Source of the DNA: Patescibacteria group bacterium
Lineage (GTDB): Bacteria > Patescibacteriota > Minisyncoccia > Minisyncoccales > GWA2-38-27
NCBI GenBank assembly: GCA_020148045.1
Contig: JAHCRG010000006.1
Span: 73,909-137,908 of the forward strand
DNA: 64,000 nucleotides
Direction of reading: 5' to 3'
Shown in pieces: positions 8,466 through 16,467 of this stretch. Below the pieces are notes generated by a model. The model saw only the letters and a program-made list of their open reading frames with translations. It was not told where the DNA came from and searched no databases. Both the position numbers and the translations under genes were made by a program. The number at the start of each line of letters is the position of its first letter. Within the stretch, counting starts at the first letter, position 1.

Positions 8466-8549
8466 AAAACCTGAAACCTGAAACCTGAAGCCCGGAGCCT
8501 GAAACATTTTTAGAAGTTTCAAGTTTCAAGTTTCAAGTTTCAAGAAATT
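8466..8549 (+). repeat. repeat-built hairpin: (CCTGAAA-like)x5, spacer CATTTTTAGAA, (GTTTCAA)x4
   Basis: Heptamers at 8470-8504 and 8516-8543. The arms are complementary except for one C/A position per unit. Confidence 0.8.
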
Positions 8550-9419
8550 ATGATTCTCTTACCAAAACAACCTAAAATTATTAGCAAAAAAGAGAACTGG
8601 GCTCGTTTTGAAATTGAAGCCCTATATCCTGGATATGGAGTAACAATTGGCAATTCTTTGAGAAGAGTTTTACTTTCTTCTTTACCAGGGGTAGCTGTTA
8701 CTCAGACGAAAATTAAGGGGATTCAACACGAATTTTCAGTAATACCGGGTGTCTTGGAAGACGTGATTACTATTGTAATGAACTTAAAACAATTGAGATT
8801 TAAAATGTATACTGATGAGCCTCAGAAAGTAACCTTAAAAATTAAAGGCGAGAAAAAAGTGAAGGGTTCTGATTTTAAATTCCCCAGTCAGGTTGAATTA
8901 GTAAACAAATCCTGCTATCTTGCTACTTTAACTAATAAAAAAGCAGAACTGGGGATGGAGATTCAAGTTGAAAGAGGTGTTGGATATGAACCAGTTGAAC
9001 GAAGAAAAAAGCAAGGGAAGTTGGAAGTTGGAGTAATTTCTATTGATGCCATTTTTACTCCTGTTAAAAGAGTAAGTTATAAAGTGGAAAATATGCGAGT
9101 AGGGGAAAGGACTGATTTTGATAGATTGTATTTAGATATTGAAACCGATGGAACAGTTACTCCCGAAGAGGCATTTTTTCAGGCCTCAGAAATTTTAGTA
9201 AAACACTTTTCTTTATTTGCAGAAATCTCTAAAGCCTTGGCAGGAAAGAGAGTTTCCGAAGAAAAGGCTCCTAAAAAGAAACCCGTTCTTGCTAAACGCG
9301 GGCCTACGGCAGCCAAAAAGAAGCAGAAAGAGTCGAAGAAAAAATCAAAGAAACCCGCCTCCGCCAAGAAAGCTTCAGCCGTCGGCTCGACGAAGTCGGC
9401 GCGTAAAAAATCAAAGTAA
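8550..9419 (+). CDS. rpoA: DNA-directed RNA polymerase alpha subunit; NTD only plus a Lys-rich tail
   Basis: NTD motifs FEIEALYPGYGVTIGNSLRRVLLSSLPG, IDAIFTPVKRVSYKVE and RTDFDRL.L.IETDG. The last ~60 aa are KKKPVLAKRGPTAAKKKQKESKKKSKKPASAKKA... Confidence 0.85.
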   Translation: MILLPKQPKIISKKENWARFEIEALYPGYGVTIGNSLRRVLLSSLPGVAVTQTKIKGIQHEFSVIPGVLEDVITIVMNLKQLRFKMYTDEPQKVTLKIKGEKKVKGSDFKFPSQVELVNKSCYLATLTNKKAELGMEIQVERGVGYEPVERRKKQGKLEVGVISIDAIFTPVKRVSYKVENMRVGERTDFDRLYLDIETDGTVTPEEAFFQASEILVKHFSLFAEISKALAGKRVSEEKAPKKKPVLAKRGPTAAKKKQKESKKKSKKPASAKKASAVGSTKSARKKSK

Positions 9420-9420
9420 T

Positions 9421-9771
9421 ATGCGGAAACTTAAACAAGGAAGGAAACTCTCAAAAAAACGTAACCAACGTAAAGCTCTTCTGAAGGCATTGGCAAGTGC
9501 GCTTTTTTTGAATGAGAAAATAAGAACTACTGAAGCTAAAGCCAAGGAGGTTTCTAGGTTTGCTGAAAAATGTATAACCCGAGCAAAAAAAGGAGATTTA
9601 GCTTCCAGAAGAATTTTAGCAAAATATTTCGCAAAGCCATTAGTTAAAAAATTAGCTGATGAAATTGGACCAAGATATAAAAAGAGAAAAGGAGGGTATA
9701 CGAGGATAATTAAGCTGGGTCCAAGAAAGTCAGACGGAGCAAAGATGGCGATAATTGAACTAGTGAAATAA
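9421..9771 (+). CDS. rplQ: 50S ribosomal protein L17
   Basis: MRKLKQGRKLSKKRNQRKALLKALASALF..EKI.TT.AKAKE; ends GGYTRI.KLGPR.SDGA.MA.IELV. The tracked 9217 start is an out-of-frame overlap with the rpoA tail. Confidence 0.9.
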   Translation: MRKLKQGRKLSKKRNQRKALLKALASALFLNEKIRTTEAKAKEVSRFAEKCITRAKKGDLASRRILAKYFAKPLVKKLADEIGPRYKKRKGGYTRIIKLGPRKSDGAKMAIIELVK

Positions 9772-9775
9772 ATTT

Positions 9776-10132
9776 ATGGAACGTAAAACTCATACAATTG
9801 ATGCTACAAACAAGGTATTAGGTAGATTAGCTACAGAAATTGCTGTTTTACTTCGTGGCAAGAATAAACCCGACTTTGCCCCTAACAAAGATATGGGAGA
9901 TTTTGTTACTGTCAGGAATTTTAGTAAAATCAGAATAACTGGTAAGAAGTTTGGGCAGAAAATTTATTACCGCCACACAGGGTATTTAGGAGGATTGAAG
10001 GAAGTTCCATTAAAAAAACTTTTTAAAAAAGATCCTTCCAAAGTTTTAAAAAAAGCAGTTTTCGGAATGCTGCCTAAGAATAAATTACGAGCAAGACAAA
10101 TTAAAAGACTAAGAATCTATGGCAACAACTAA
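9776..10132 (+). CDS. rplM: 50S ribosomal protein L13
   Basis: IDA..KVLGRLATEIA.LLRGK.KP.F.P..D.GDFV.V.N; YYRHTGY.GG.K. Confidence 0.9.
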   Translation: MERKTHTIDATNKVLGRLATEIAVLLRGKNKPDFAPNKDMGDFVTVRNFSKIRITGKKFGQKIYYRHTGYLGGLKEVPLKKLFKKDPSKVLKKAVFGMLPKNKLRARQIKRLRIYGNN

Positions 10133-10628
10133 GAAGACAACAACTAAAAAAGTTAAGAAAGCAAAAAAGGTAGGGAAGAAAACAACTACTAAAAAAAAGG
10201 TCACAAAAAAAGAAATTAAGAAACCGAGATCTAAGCCAGCTCGCTATTTTGAGGCAGTTGGCCGGCGAAAAACATCAGTAGCCCGGGTGCGGCTTTTTAC
10301 TCAGGAAGAAAAATTAATCTTGGTTAATGAAAAACCTTATCAAAATTATTTTCCTACCTCTGAACTCCAACAAACTGCTACCGCTTCCCTTAAAAAGATG
10401 AAAGCTCTTGATAAGTTTAGAATTTTGGTTAAAGTAAAAGGAGGAGGGGTTCATTCCCAAGCAGAAGCTGTTAGACATGGAATAGCCAGAGCTTTAGTGG
10501 AATTTAATCCTGATTTCCGGAAGCGGCTCAGGAGAGCAGGTTATTTAACAAGAGACCCCAGAATGAGAGAAAGAAAGAAATTCGGTTTAAAACGCGCTCG
10601 CAGAGGCCCCCAATGGTCTAAGAGATAA
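10119..10628 (+). CDS. rpsI: 30S ribosomal protein S9 with a ~40-aa Lys/Thr-rich N-terminal extension
   Basis: Core GRRKTSVARVRL...V.V.GGG...QAEAVRHGIARAL...R..LR.AG.LTRDPR..ERKK.G..RARR..Q.SKR. Confidence 0.9.
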   Translation: MATTKKTTTKKVKKAKKVGKKTTTKKKVTKKEIKKPRSKPARYFEAVGRRKTSVARVRLFTQEEKLILVNEKPYQNYFPTSELQQTATASLKKMKALDKFRILVKVKGGGVHSQAEAVRHGIARALVEFNPDFRKRLRRAGYLTRDPRMRERKKFGLKRARRGPQWSKR

Positions 10629-10629
10629 T

Positions 10630-11328
10630 ATGTTAAAAGAAATTATTGATAAATTTTATTTGGATAGACAAAGAGATAGAGGACAAGAGCATTTTTATAT
10701 TAGTGAAGCAGGAAAGTGTCCGCGCCAGATTTTTTTTAAATTTAAAAATGCTCCCAGAAAAAAAATGGAAGCAAATATTTTGAGATTGTTTGACCACGGT
10801 GACCATATGCATCAGCTTATTATGAAGCCTTTGCTTAGTACCAGAGACATCCATATAGTTTGTTCTGAAATAGACATTCCTCCCGAAGAATTAGTCAGGG
10901 GCAGGGCAGACGCAATAGTTAGCGATGGAAAACAACTTTATGTTTTGGATATTAAGAGTATGAATAGTATGGTTTTTAAGAATTTAAATGAACCAAAACA
11001 AGAAAATGTTAGTCAGCTTCAACTCTATTTACATTATTTTAAAATACCAAGAGGAATACTACTTTATGTCGATAAGGATAAATTAGAATTAAAAGAGTTT
11101 CCGATAAGTTACAATCAAGTTCAGGCAGAAACCCTTTTAAAGCAATTGGCAACTTTGAAAAAACAGATTGATTCTAATACTATTCCTTCACGCATTCCTG
11201 GTTATCCAGAAAATTGGCAGTGTAATTATTGTCAATTTAGAGAAATTTGCGATATGGGGGCCCCAGATGAAATGAACTGGGAAGATTTTAAGAAGAAAAT
11301 TCAGGGAGTTAATTCTTCCGAAACATAG
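10630..11328 (+). CDS. Cas4/RecB-like PD-(D/E)XK nuclease with a 4-Cys cluster (stand-alone)
   Basis: N-terminal Cys (GKCPRQ); GRADAIV...YVLDIKS (D..(D/E)xK); QLQLYLHY (QxxxY); C-terminal CNYCQFREIC (Cx2Cx5C). Confidence 0.65.
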   Translation: MLKEIIDKFYLDRQRDRGQEHFYISEAGKCPRQIFFKFKNAPRKKMEANILRLFDHGDHMHQLIMKPLLSTRDIHIVCSEIDIPPEELVRGRADAIVSDGKQLYVLDIKSMNSMVFKNLNEPKQENVSQLQLYLHYFKIPRGILLYVDKDKLELKEFPISYNQVQAETLLKQLATLKKQIDSNTIPSRIPGYPENWQCNYCQFREICDMGAPDEMNWEDFKKKIQGVNSSET

Positions 11329-12710
11329 AGATTTTCTTCAGAGAGAATATATAGTTTTTTATTGCTCCAGAAGATTTTAGGTTCTTTAAACTCAGTTAGG
11401 TCAACAATATTTATTTTATCTCTATCGTCGATTTCGGCGATTTTTATTTTATCCCCAGCATTAAAGATTAAATAATGATTCGTGTACCAAAAAACTTCAT
11501 CAATTTTTTCTGAGAAGCGGGTTATAAATAACTGTTCTCCTGCTTCCTTTTGAGGTTGGTCATATTTTTTCCCCAGAAATAAAACCCAGATTTCATAATC
11601 ATTAAAATAGACCAGTTTTTGGGAATCTGGAGAGAATTTAAAATTTTTAACTGGTTCAAAAAGTTTCTGGAAAGATTTTTTATTCCCATCAAAAATATAT
11701 AAAGTATCATTCTCTTCTAAAAGAATATGAGAATTAGAAGCTGTTATCTCGTATTTAGCTTCTTCTTTCAGAGGAAAAGCGATTATATTTAATCTTTCTT
11801 CTTGGTTAAAAGAAAGGCCGGTCTTAAAAAGAAATCCTGAGGCATCAAGATAATAAATACTCTCATTAAGAATTGAACAGGTAATAAGATTTTCTAACAC
11901 GGGTAGAGAGATTTTTTTATCAATTAAATCTACCTCGCTTAAGGCACGGGTTTCCTCGCCTGTTTCACTGGTCAAGGCGAGTAATACCAATAATTTTTGA
12001 TGATTTTTAGGATGGAAGTAGACTTTTTCCACATCCGAGTTTAAGAAATCAAGAGAAGTTAAAAGCGCGGGAACCTTGTCTATTTCTAAAAGATAATATA
12101 TCAGTTTCTCTTTTACTCCGACTTCCAACAATACTCTTTTTGAATTAGGAGAAAATTTTAAGTCAAATAGCTGAACTTTTTCTTTGGAAATATCTCCTTC
12201 ATCAATTAGATGACTTTTGACATTTTTATCTAATTCAAAGAGCTTTAAAGCCCAACCCTGCTTCTTATCACCTTCTTCTCTTAGAATTATTTTTTCCCCA
12301 TCCGGTGAGAAAAAAAAGTCCTTTGTTTCTTTTGTCATTACCGTAAATCTTGGATTTTCTGGGATTAAAACAATATTTTTTGCTTCGGTAACTTCTCTTT
12401 TTCTTATTTCTAATGTTTTTTCCCATGTATGAAACCCTTCTTTTTTAATTTCTACATCATATTTTTTGGACAGGAGATTTTCAACAAGTACTGAGCCGAA
12501 GAAAAAATCAGTTTTCTCTTTAAGTTCATTGTCAAGGTAAATTTGGACATTTTTGGGCCAGACCTTAAAATAGAAAACTCCCGGCTGGATAACTCTCTTT
12601 GTTTTCCAATCAAACCTCCAACCTAAAGAATAAAAAACAGTTAAGGGGGCTGCTATTAAAAATAAAATTAGCAAAAATAAGAATAGAATCTTTCTGGTTC
12701 TCCGGGTCAT
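11301..12710 (-). CDS. membrane-anchored PEGA-domain plus TolB-like beta-propeller repeat protein
   Basis: N-terminal TM (ILFLFLLILFLIAAPLTVFY); PEGA-like V.PKNVQIYLDNE...Y.VEIKKEGFHTWEK.L; repeated FSPDGEKI / FSPNSKRV / FSPDSQKLVY. Confidence 0.55.
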   Translation of the reverse strand: MTRRTRKILFLFLLILFLIAAPLTVFYSLGWRFDWKTKRVIQPGVFYFKVWPKNVQIYLDNELKEKTDFFFGSVLVENLLSKKYDVEIKKEGFHTWEKTLEIRKREVTEAKNIVLIPENPRFTVMTKETKDFFFSPDGEKIILREEGDKKQGWALKLFELDKNVKSHLIDEGDISKEKVQLFDLKFSPNSKRVLLEVGVKEKLIYYLLEIDKVPALLTSLDFLNSDVEKVYFHPKNHQKLLVLLALTSETGEETRALSEVDLIDKKISLPVLENLITCSILNESIYYLDASGFLFKTGLSFNQEERLNIIAFPLKEEAKYEITASNSHILLEENDTLYIFDGNKKSFQKLFEPVKNFKFSPDSQKLVYFNDYEIWVLFLGKKYDQPQKEAGEQLFITRFSEKIDEVFWYTNHYLIFNAGDKIKIAEIDDRDKINIVDLTEFKEPKIFWSNKKLYILSEENLYVSEELTP

Positions 12711-12742
12711 ATATATATTTATTTTACCCTAAACCAACCCAC

Positions 12743-12771
12743 TTGCCAACTTCTAAGTTTTGCTTTAAGAT
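12743..12771 (+). promoter_or_regulatory. promoter TTGCCA-17-TAAGAT, 6 nt before the murA ATG (leaderless-type)
   Basis: -35 at 12743..12748, -10 at 12766..12771, ATG at 12778. Confidence 0.5.
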
Positions 12772-12777
12772 GGGAAT

Positions 12778-14052
12778 ATGGAAGAGAAGTTTATCATCAA
12801 TGGCGGGAAATCCTTGAAAGGGGAAGTGGAAATAAAGGGAGCAAAAAATGCTGCCTTTCCTATATTAGCAGCTGCTCTTTTAACTAAAGAGCCCTGTGTT
12901 ATTAATAATCTACCTCTTATTGAGGACGTTTTTCAGATGCTCAAGATTTTAGAAGGTTTGGGAGCTGAGATTTCTTGGTTAGGGAAAAGAAAAATTAAAA
13001 TAAAATGTTCAAAGATTAATCCTTCAAAACTTCCCTTTGATGTTATTGGTTGTTTTCGAGGTTCTATTTTAATTTTAGGTCCCTTGCTGGCTAGGTTTAA
13101 TAAAGTAAAAATTCCTCCGCCCGGTGGATGCGTAATTGGAGCAAGGCCTATTGATACTCACTTAGATGCTTTTTCTCAGGCAGGTATTAAAATTTCAACA
13201 AAAGACGATTTTTATTACTTTGAGGGCAAACAAGAAAAAAAGAAATCAAGCCAGATTATTCTTCGGGAATTTAGTGTTACTGCAACAGAAAACCTTCTTT
13301 TGTTTTCCGCCTCCAATTCCCAAAGGGCAATTTTAAAAATTGCCGACCAGGATTATCAAGTCCAAGAATTGATTAAAGTTCTTAAAAAAATGGGAGCTGA
13401 GATCAAAGAGGCAGGAACTCATGCTGTAGAAATTGTTGGAGCAGAGAAACTTAAGGGATTTGAGCATACTATAATCTCAGACCCTATAGAAACAGGCACT
13501 TTTATAGTAGCAACATTAGCAACCCAAGGAGAAGTCTTGATTAAAAATGCTGAATTTTCTTTTCTTGAACTTTTCTTAAAACGACTCCGGGATTTTGGAG
13601 CAAAGTTTGAAATTCTGGGCCCAAAATTAATTAAAATTCTACCTTCAAAAAACCTCAAAATAGATAAAATTCAGAGCTTACCCTATCCTGGAATCCATAC
13701 TGATTTGTTACCTGAATTAGGGGTTCTGTCAACTCAAACCAAGGGCCCAACTTTAATTCATGACCCTTTATTTGAAGGTCGTTTAAAATATCTTGACGAG
13801 CTGAATAAAATGGGAGCTGACATTATTTTTGGTGACCCTCATCGAGCCATGATTTATGGGCCAACTCAACTTCAGGGAATTGAGATTCCTAGTCCGGATC
13901 TCCGGGCTGGAGCAGCTCTAATTATCGCTGGATTAATTGCCAAAGAGAAAACAATAATCAATAATATTTATCAGATTGATAGGGGATATGAACGGATTGA
14001 GGAGCGTCTTCAACAGCTGGGGGCGGATATAAAAAGAAGAGTTCAAAAATAA
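12778..14052 (+). CDS. murA: UDP-N-acetylglucosamine 1-carboxyvinyltransferase
   Basis: I.GG..L.GEV.I.GAKNAA.PILAAALL; GGC.IGARPID.HL; C-terminal I..IYQIDRGYE.IEE.L..LGA.I.R. Confidence 0.9.
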   Translation: MEEKFIINGGKSLKGEVEIKGAKNAAFPILAAALLTKEPCVINNLPLIEDVFQMLKILEGLGAEISWLGKRKIKIKCSKINPSKLPFDVIGCFRGSILILGPLLARFNKVKIPPPGGCVIGARPIDTHLDAFSQAGIKISTKDDFYYFEGKQEKKKSSQIILREFSVTATENLLLFSASNSQRAILKIADQDYQVQELIKVLKKMGAEIKEAGTHAVEIVGAEKLKGFEHTIISDPIETGTFIVATLATQGEVLIKNAEFSFLELFLKRLRDFGAKFEILGPKLIKILPSKNLKIDKIQSLPYPGIHTDLLPELGVLSTQTKGPTLIHDPLFEGRLKYLDELNKMGADIIFGDPHRAMIYGPTQLQGIEIPSPDLRAGAALIIAGLIAKEKTIINNIYQIDRGYERIEERLQQLGADIKRRVQK

Positions 14053-14059
14053 TAAAATT

Positions 14060-15067
14060 ATGTTTATCAAGAAAATCGGTATTGATTTAGGAACCTGCAA
14101 TTCAGTGGTTTTTACTCCTCAAAAAGGAGTGGTTTTGAGTGAGCCGTCAGTGGTAGCAGTTGCCCTTACCGAAAATAAAATTCTGGCTGTAGGACAGGAA
14201 GCAAAAGAGATGACAGGCCGGACGCCCGATACTATCAGGATTTACCGACCCTTAAAGGATGGAGTGATTGCTGATTATCGAGTTACCGAAGCAATGCTGA
14301 GATATTTTATTAAAAAAGCAGCCACAGTTTTTAGGTTTTTAAAACCAGAATTATTAGTTGGAGTGCCAGCCGGTATTACTTCCACTGAAAAGAGGGCAGT
14401 GATTGAGGCTGGGATGGCAGTTGGAGCGAGGGCAGTTTATGTGGCAAAGGAGCCGGTTTTAGCTGCGATTGGCGCTGGCATCCCCATCAGTTCTTGCTCA
14501 GGGAATATGATCGTTGATATCGGCGGAGGAACTTCAGAGGTAGCTGTAATTTCTCTCGGCGGGATAGTAACTTGCCATTCGCTCAGGGTAGCTGGGGACA
14601 AAATGGATTGGGCAATTTCAGATTATATCAAGAAAAAATATAATTTAGCCATTGGTGAGCAGACCGCTGAAGAAATAAAAATAAAAATCGGGACAGCTTT
14701 GCCAGAAAAGGAAGAGAGAAAAATAGAAATTCGAGGCCGGGATTTAATTTCTGGATTACCCCAGAACATTAAGGTTACTTCTAATGAAGTTTGCGAGGCA
14801 ATATCTGACCAACTTGGTGAAGTTGTTCAGGTAGTTAAGATAGTTTTAAGAGATACTCCTCCTGAACTTTCAGCTGATATTATGGATAAAGGAATGATTC
14901 TTTCAGGAGGAGGGGCGTTACTTAGAAATATTGATGGACTCATTGCTCAGGTTACCGGGGTACCCTGCTTTTTAGCTGAAGACCCATTGCTTTGTGTAGC
15001 AAAAGGAACGGGCGTGGTTTTGGAAAATCTTGAAGCATATAAGAAGAGTATAATGGCTAAGAAATAA
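14060..15067 (+). CDS. mreB: rod-shape protein MreB (paralogue 1)
   Basis: IGIDLGTCNSVVF, EPSVVA, RPLKDGVIADY, DIGGGTSEVAVISLGGIV, GGGALLRNID. Confidence 0.9.
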   Translation: MFIKKIGIDLGTCNSVVFTPQKGVVLSEPSVVAVALTENKILAVGQEAKEMTGRTPDTIRIYRPLKDGVIADYRVTEAMLRYFIKKAATVFRFLKPELLVGVPAGITSTEKRAVIEAGMAVGARAVYVAKEPVLAAIGAGIPISSCSGNMIVDIGGGTSEVAVISLGGIVTCHSLRVAGDKMDWAISDYIKKKYNLAIGEQTAEEIKIKIGTALPEKEERKIEIRGRDLISGLPQNIKVTSNEVCEAISDQLGEVVQVVKIVLRDTPPELSADIMDKGMILSGGGALLRNIDGLIAQVTGVPCFLAEDPLLCVAKGTGVVLENLEAYKKSIMAKK

Positions 15068-15068
15068 T

Positions 15069-15815
15069 ATGGTTGATCATCAAAAACAATGGCAATTTTT
15101 AAAAAAATCAGCTGAGCTTGGGAAACTTCCCCATGCTCTTTTGTTCTATGGCCAAGAAGGATTAGGGAAAAAGGCATTAGCAATTGAGTTTTCTAAGTTT
15201 CTTATCGGGAAAATAAGCCCTCCCGATTTTATTTTAATTGAATCCGAAGGTAAAGAAATCCAGATTGCTCAAATAAGAGAGCTTATAGGAAAACTTTCTT
15301 TTAAACCCTATTTAGCTGATTTTAAAATTGCAGTTTTAAATAATGCTCACTTAATGACTCAGGAAGCTCAAAACTGTTTTTTGAAATTTCTTGAGGAACC
15401 GAAAGGAAAAACCATTTTAATTTTAGTAACAGCCTATCCTTCATTGTTGCTTCCAACTATTATTTCTCGAGTTCAGAAAGTCAGGTTTTTCCCAACAAAG
15501 GGTTTTGAGGTTGAAAATAACGAAGAGTTTATTTCGGACTTAATTAAAATAAGTGAATCTGATTTAGTTTCTCGTTTTCAGTATGCTAAAGATATTTCAA
15601 CAGAAAATTTAAAAGAGATTTTAGATACCTGGTTAAGATATTTTAGAAGAATATTTATTTCTAGATTAACTGGGCGAGAAACAAAAGATTTTAGCCAATA
15701 CTCTTTAACTAAACTAAAAGATATTATCAGACATATCCAATCAACAAAATTCTTAATTTTTACAACCAACACCAACTCCCGCCTTGCCTTGGAAATTCTG
15801 CTAATGGAGATGTGA
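15069..15815 (+). CDS. holB: DNA polymerase III delta' subunit
   Basis: LPHALLFYGQEGLGKKALA (P-loop-like), LNNAHLMTQEAQNCFLKFLEEP, and SRVQKVRF sensor motif. Confidence 0.75.
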   Translation: MVDHQKQWQFLKKSAELGKLPHALLFYGQEGLGKKALAIEFSKFLIGKISPPDFILIESEGKEIQIAQIRELIGKLSFKPYLADFKIAVLNNAHLMTQEAQNCFLKFLEEPKGKTILILVTAYPSLLLPTIISRVQKVRFFPTKGFEVENNEEFISDLIKISESDLVSRFQYAKDISTENLKEILDTWLRYFRRIFISRLTGRETKDFSQYSLTKLKDIIRHIQSTKFLIFTTNTNSRLALEILLMEM

Positions 15816-15908
15816 CTGTAGTCAGGATTTTCAAAATGGCTCCACGCTTTTATAGCTGGGGCTTTTTTTCTCGACAGTGGGGGAATTTTTTGTTATATTA
15901 AAATATAT

Positions 15909-16466
15909 ATGGAATACAAGGAGATTATTGAGAAAATTAAGCCGGAGATGGAAAAGGTTATCAGTTTTTTAGAAAGGGAATTAGTAAAGATTAGAACGGG
16001 CAGGGCTTCTGCTTCTTTGGTTGAAGATGTAGTTGTTGAATGTTTCGGGCAGAAGTTTCCTTTAAAACAATTAGCAGCAATATCTTCTTCGGGGCCTAGA
16101 CAGATTGTTATCCAGCCCTGGGACAAGTCCTATATTGAGCCAATTGAAAAAGCGATTTCTCAATCAAGTTTAGGCACGGCTCCAGTCGTTGATAAAGATT
16201 TAATTCGTATCTCTTTACCTCCTTTAAGTGATGAGTACCGAAAAAATTTGCTTAGAATTTTGTCAGAAAAGCAAGAAGAGGCAAAGAAAACAATAAGACA
16301 TTGGAGAGGAGAGGCCTGGGAGGAAGTTCAAGAGAGGACTAAACAAGGGGAAATCCGAGAGGATGATAAATTTCGGGCCAAGGATAACCTTCAGGAATTG
16401 GTAGATGAATATAATGAAAAGATTGAAGAGATAGGGGAGAGGAAGAAAAAAGAAATATTAGACTAA
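15909..16466 (+). CDS. frr: ribosome recycling factor
   Basis: L.KIRTGRAS.SLVEDV.VE.FGQK.PLKQLA.IS....R.I.IQPWDKS; LPPL..E.R..L. Confidence 0.9.
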   Translation: MEYKEIIEKIKPEMEKVISFLERELVKIRTGRASASLVEDVVVECFGQKFPLKQLAAISSSGPRQIVIQPWDKSYIEPIEKAISQSSLGTAPVVDKDLIRISLPPLSDEYRKNLLRILSEKQEEAKKTIRHWRGEAWEEVQERTKQGEIREDDKFRAKDNLQELVDEYNEKIEEIGERKKKEILD

Positions 16467-16467
16467 T

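Noticed and set aside
6697-8549. Short tandem repeats considered as a CRISPR array
   Set aside because: The units are 7-8 nt with no unique spacers, arranged as two complementary arms, and no cas genes are adjacent. They are hairpin-forming microsatellites, not CRISPR.
9217-9420. Long N-terminal extension of the L17 ORF (tracked start 9217)
   Set aside because: The extension is the +1-frame reading of the Lys-rich rpoA tail. Conserved L17 begins at MRKLKQGRKL (9421), 1 nt after the rpoA stop. For the same reason the 6840 start for rpsM and the 7791 start for rpsD were moved to 6888 and 7836.
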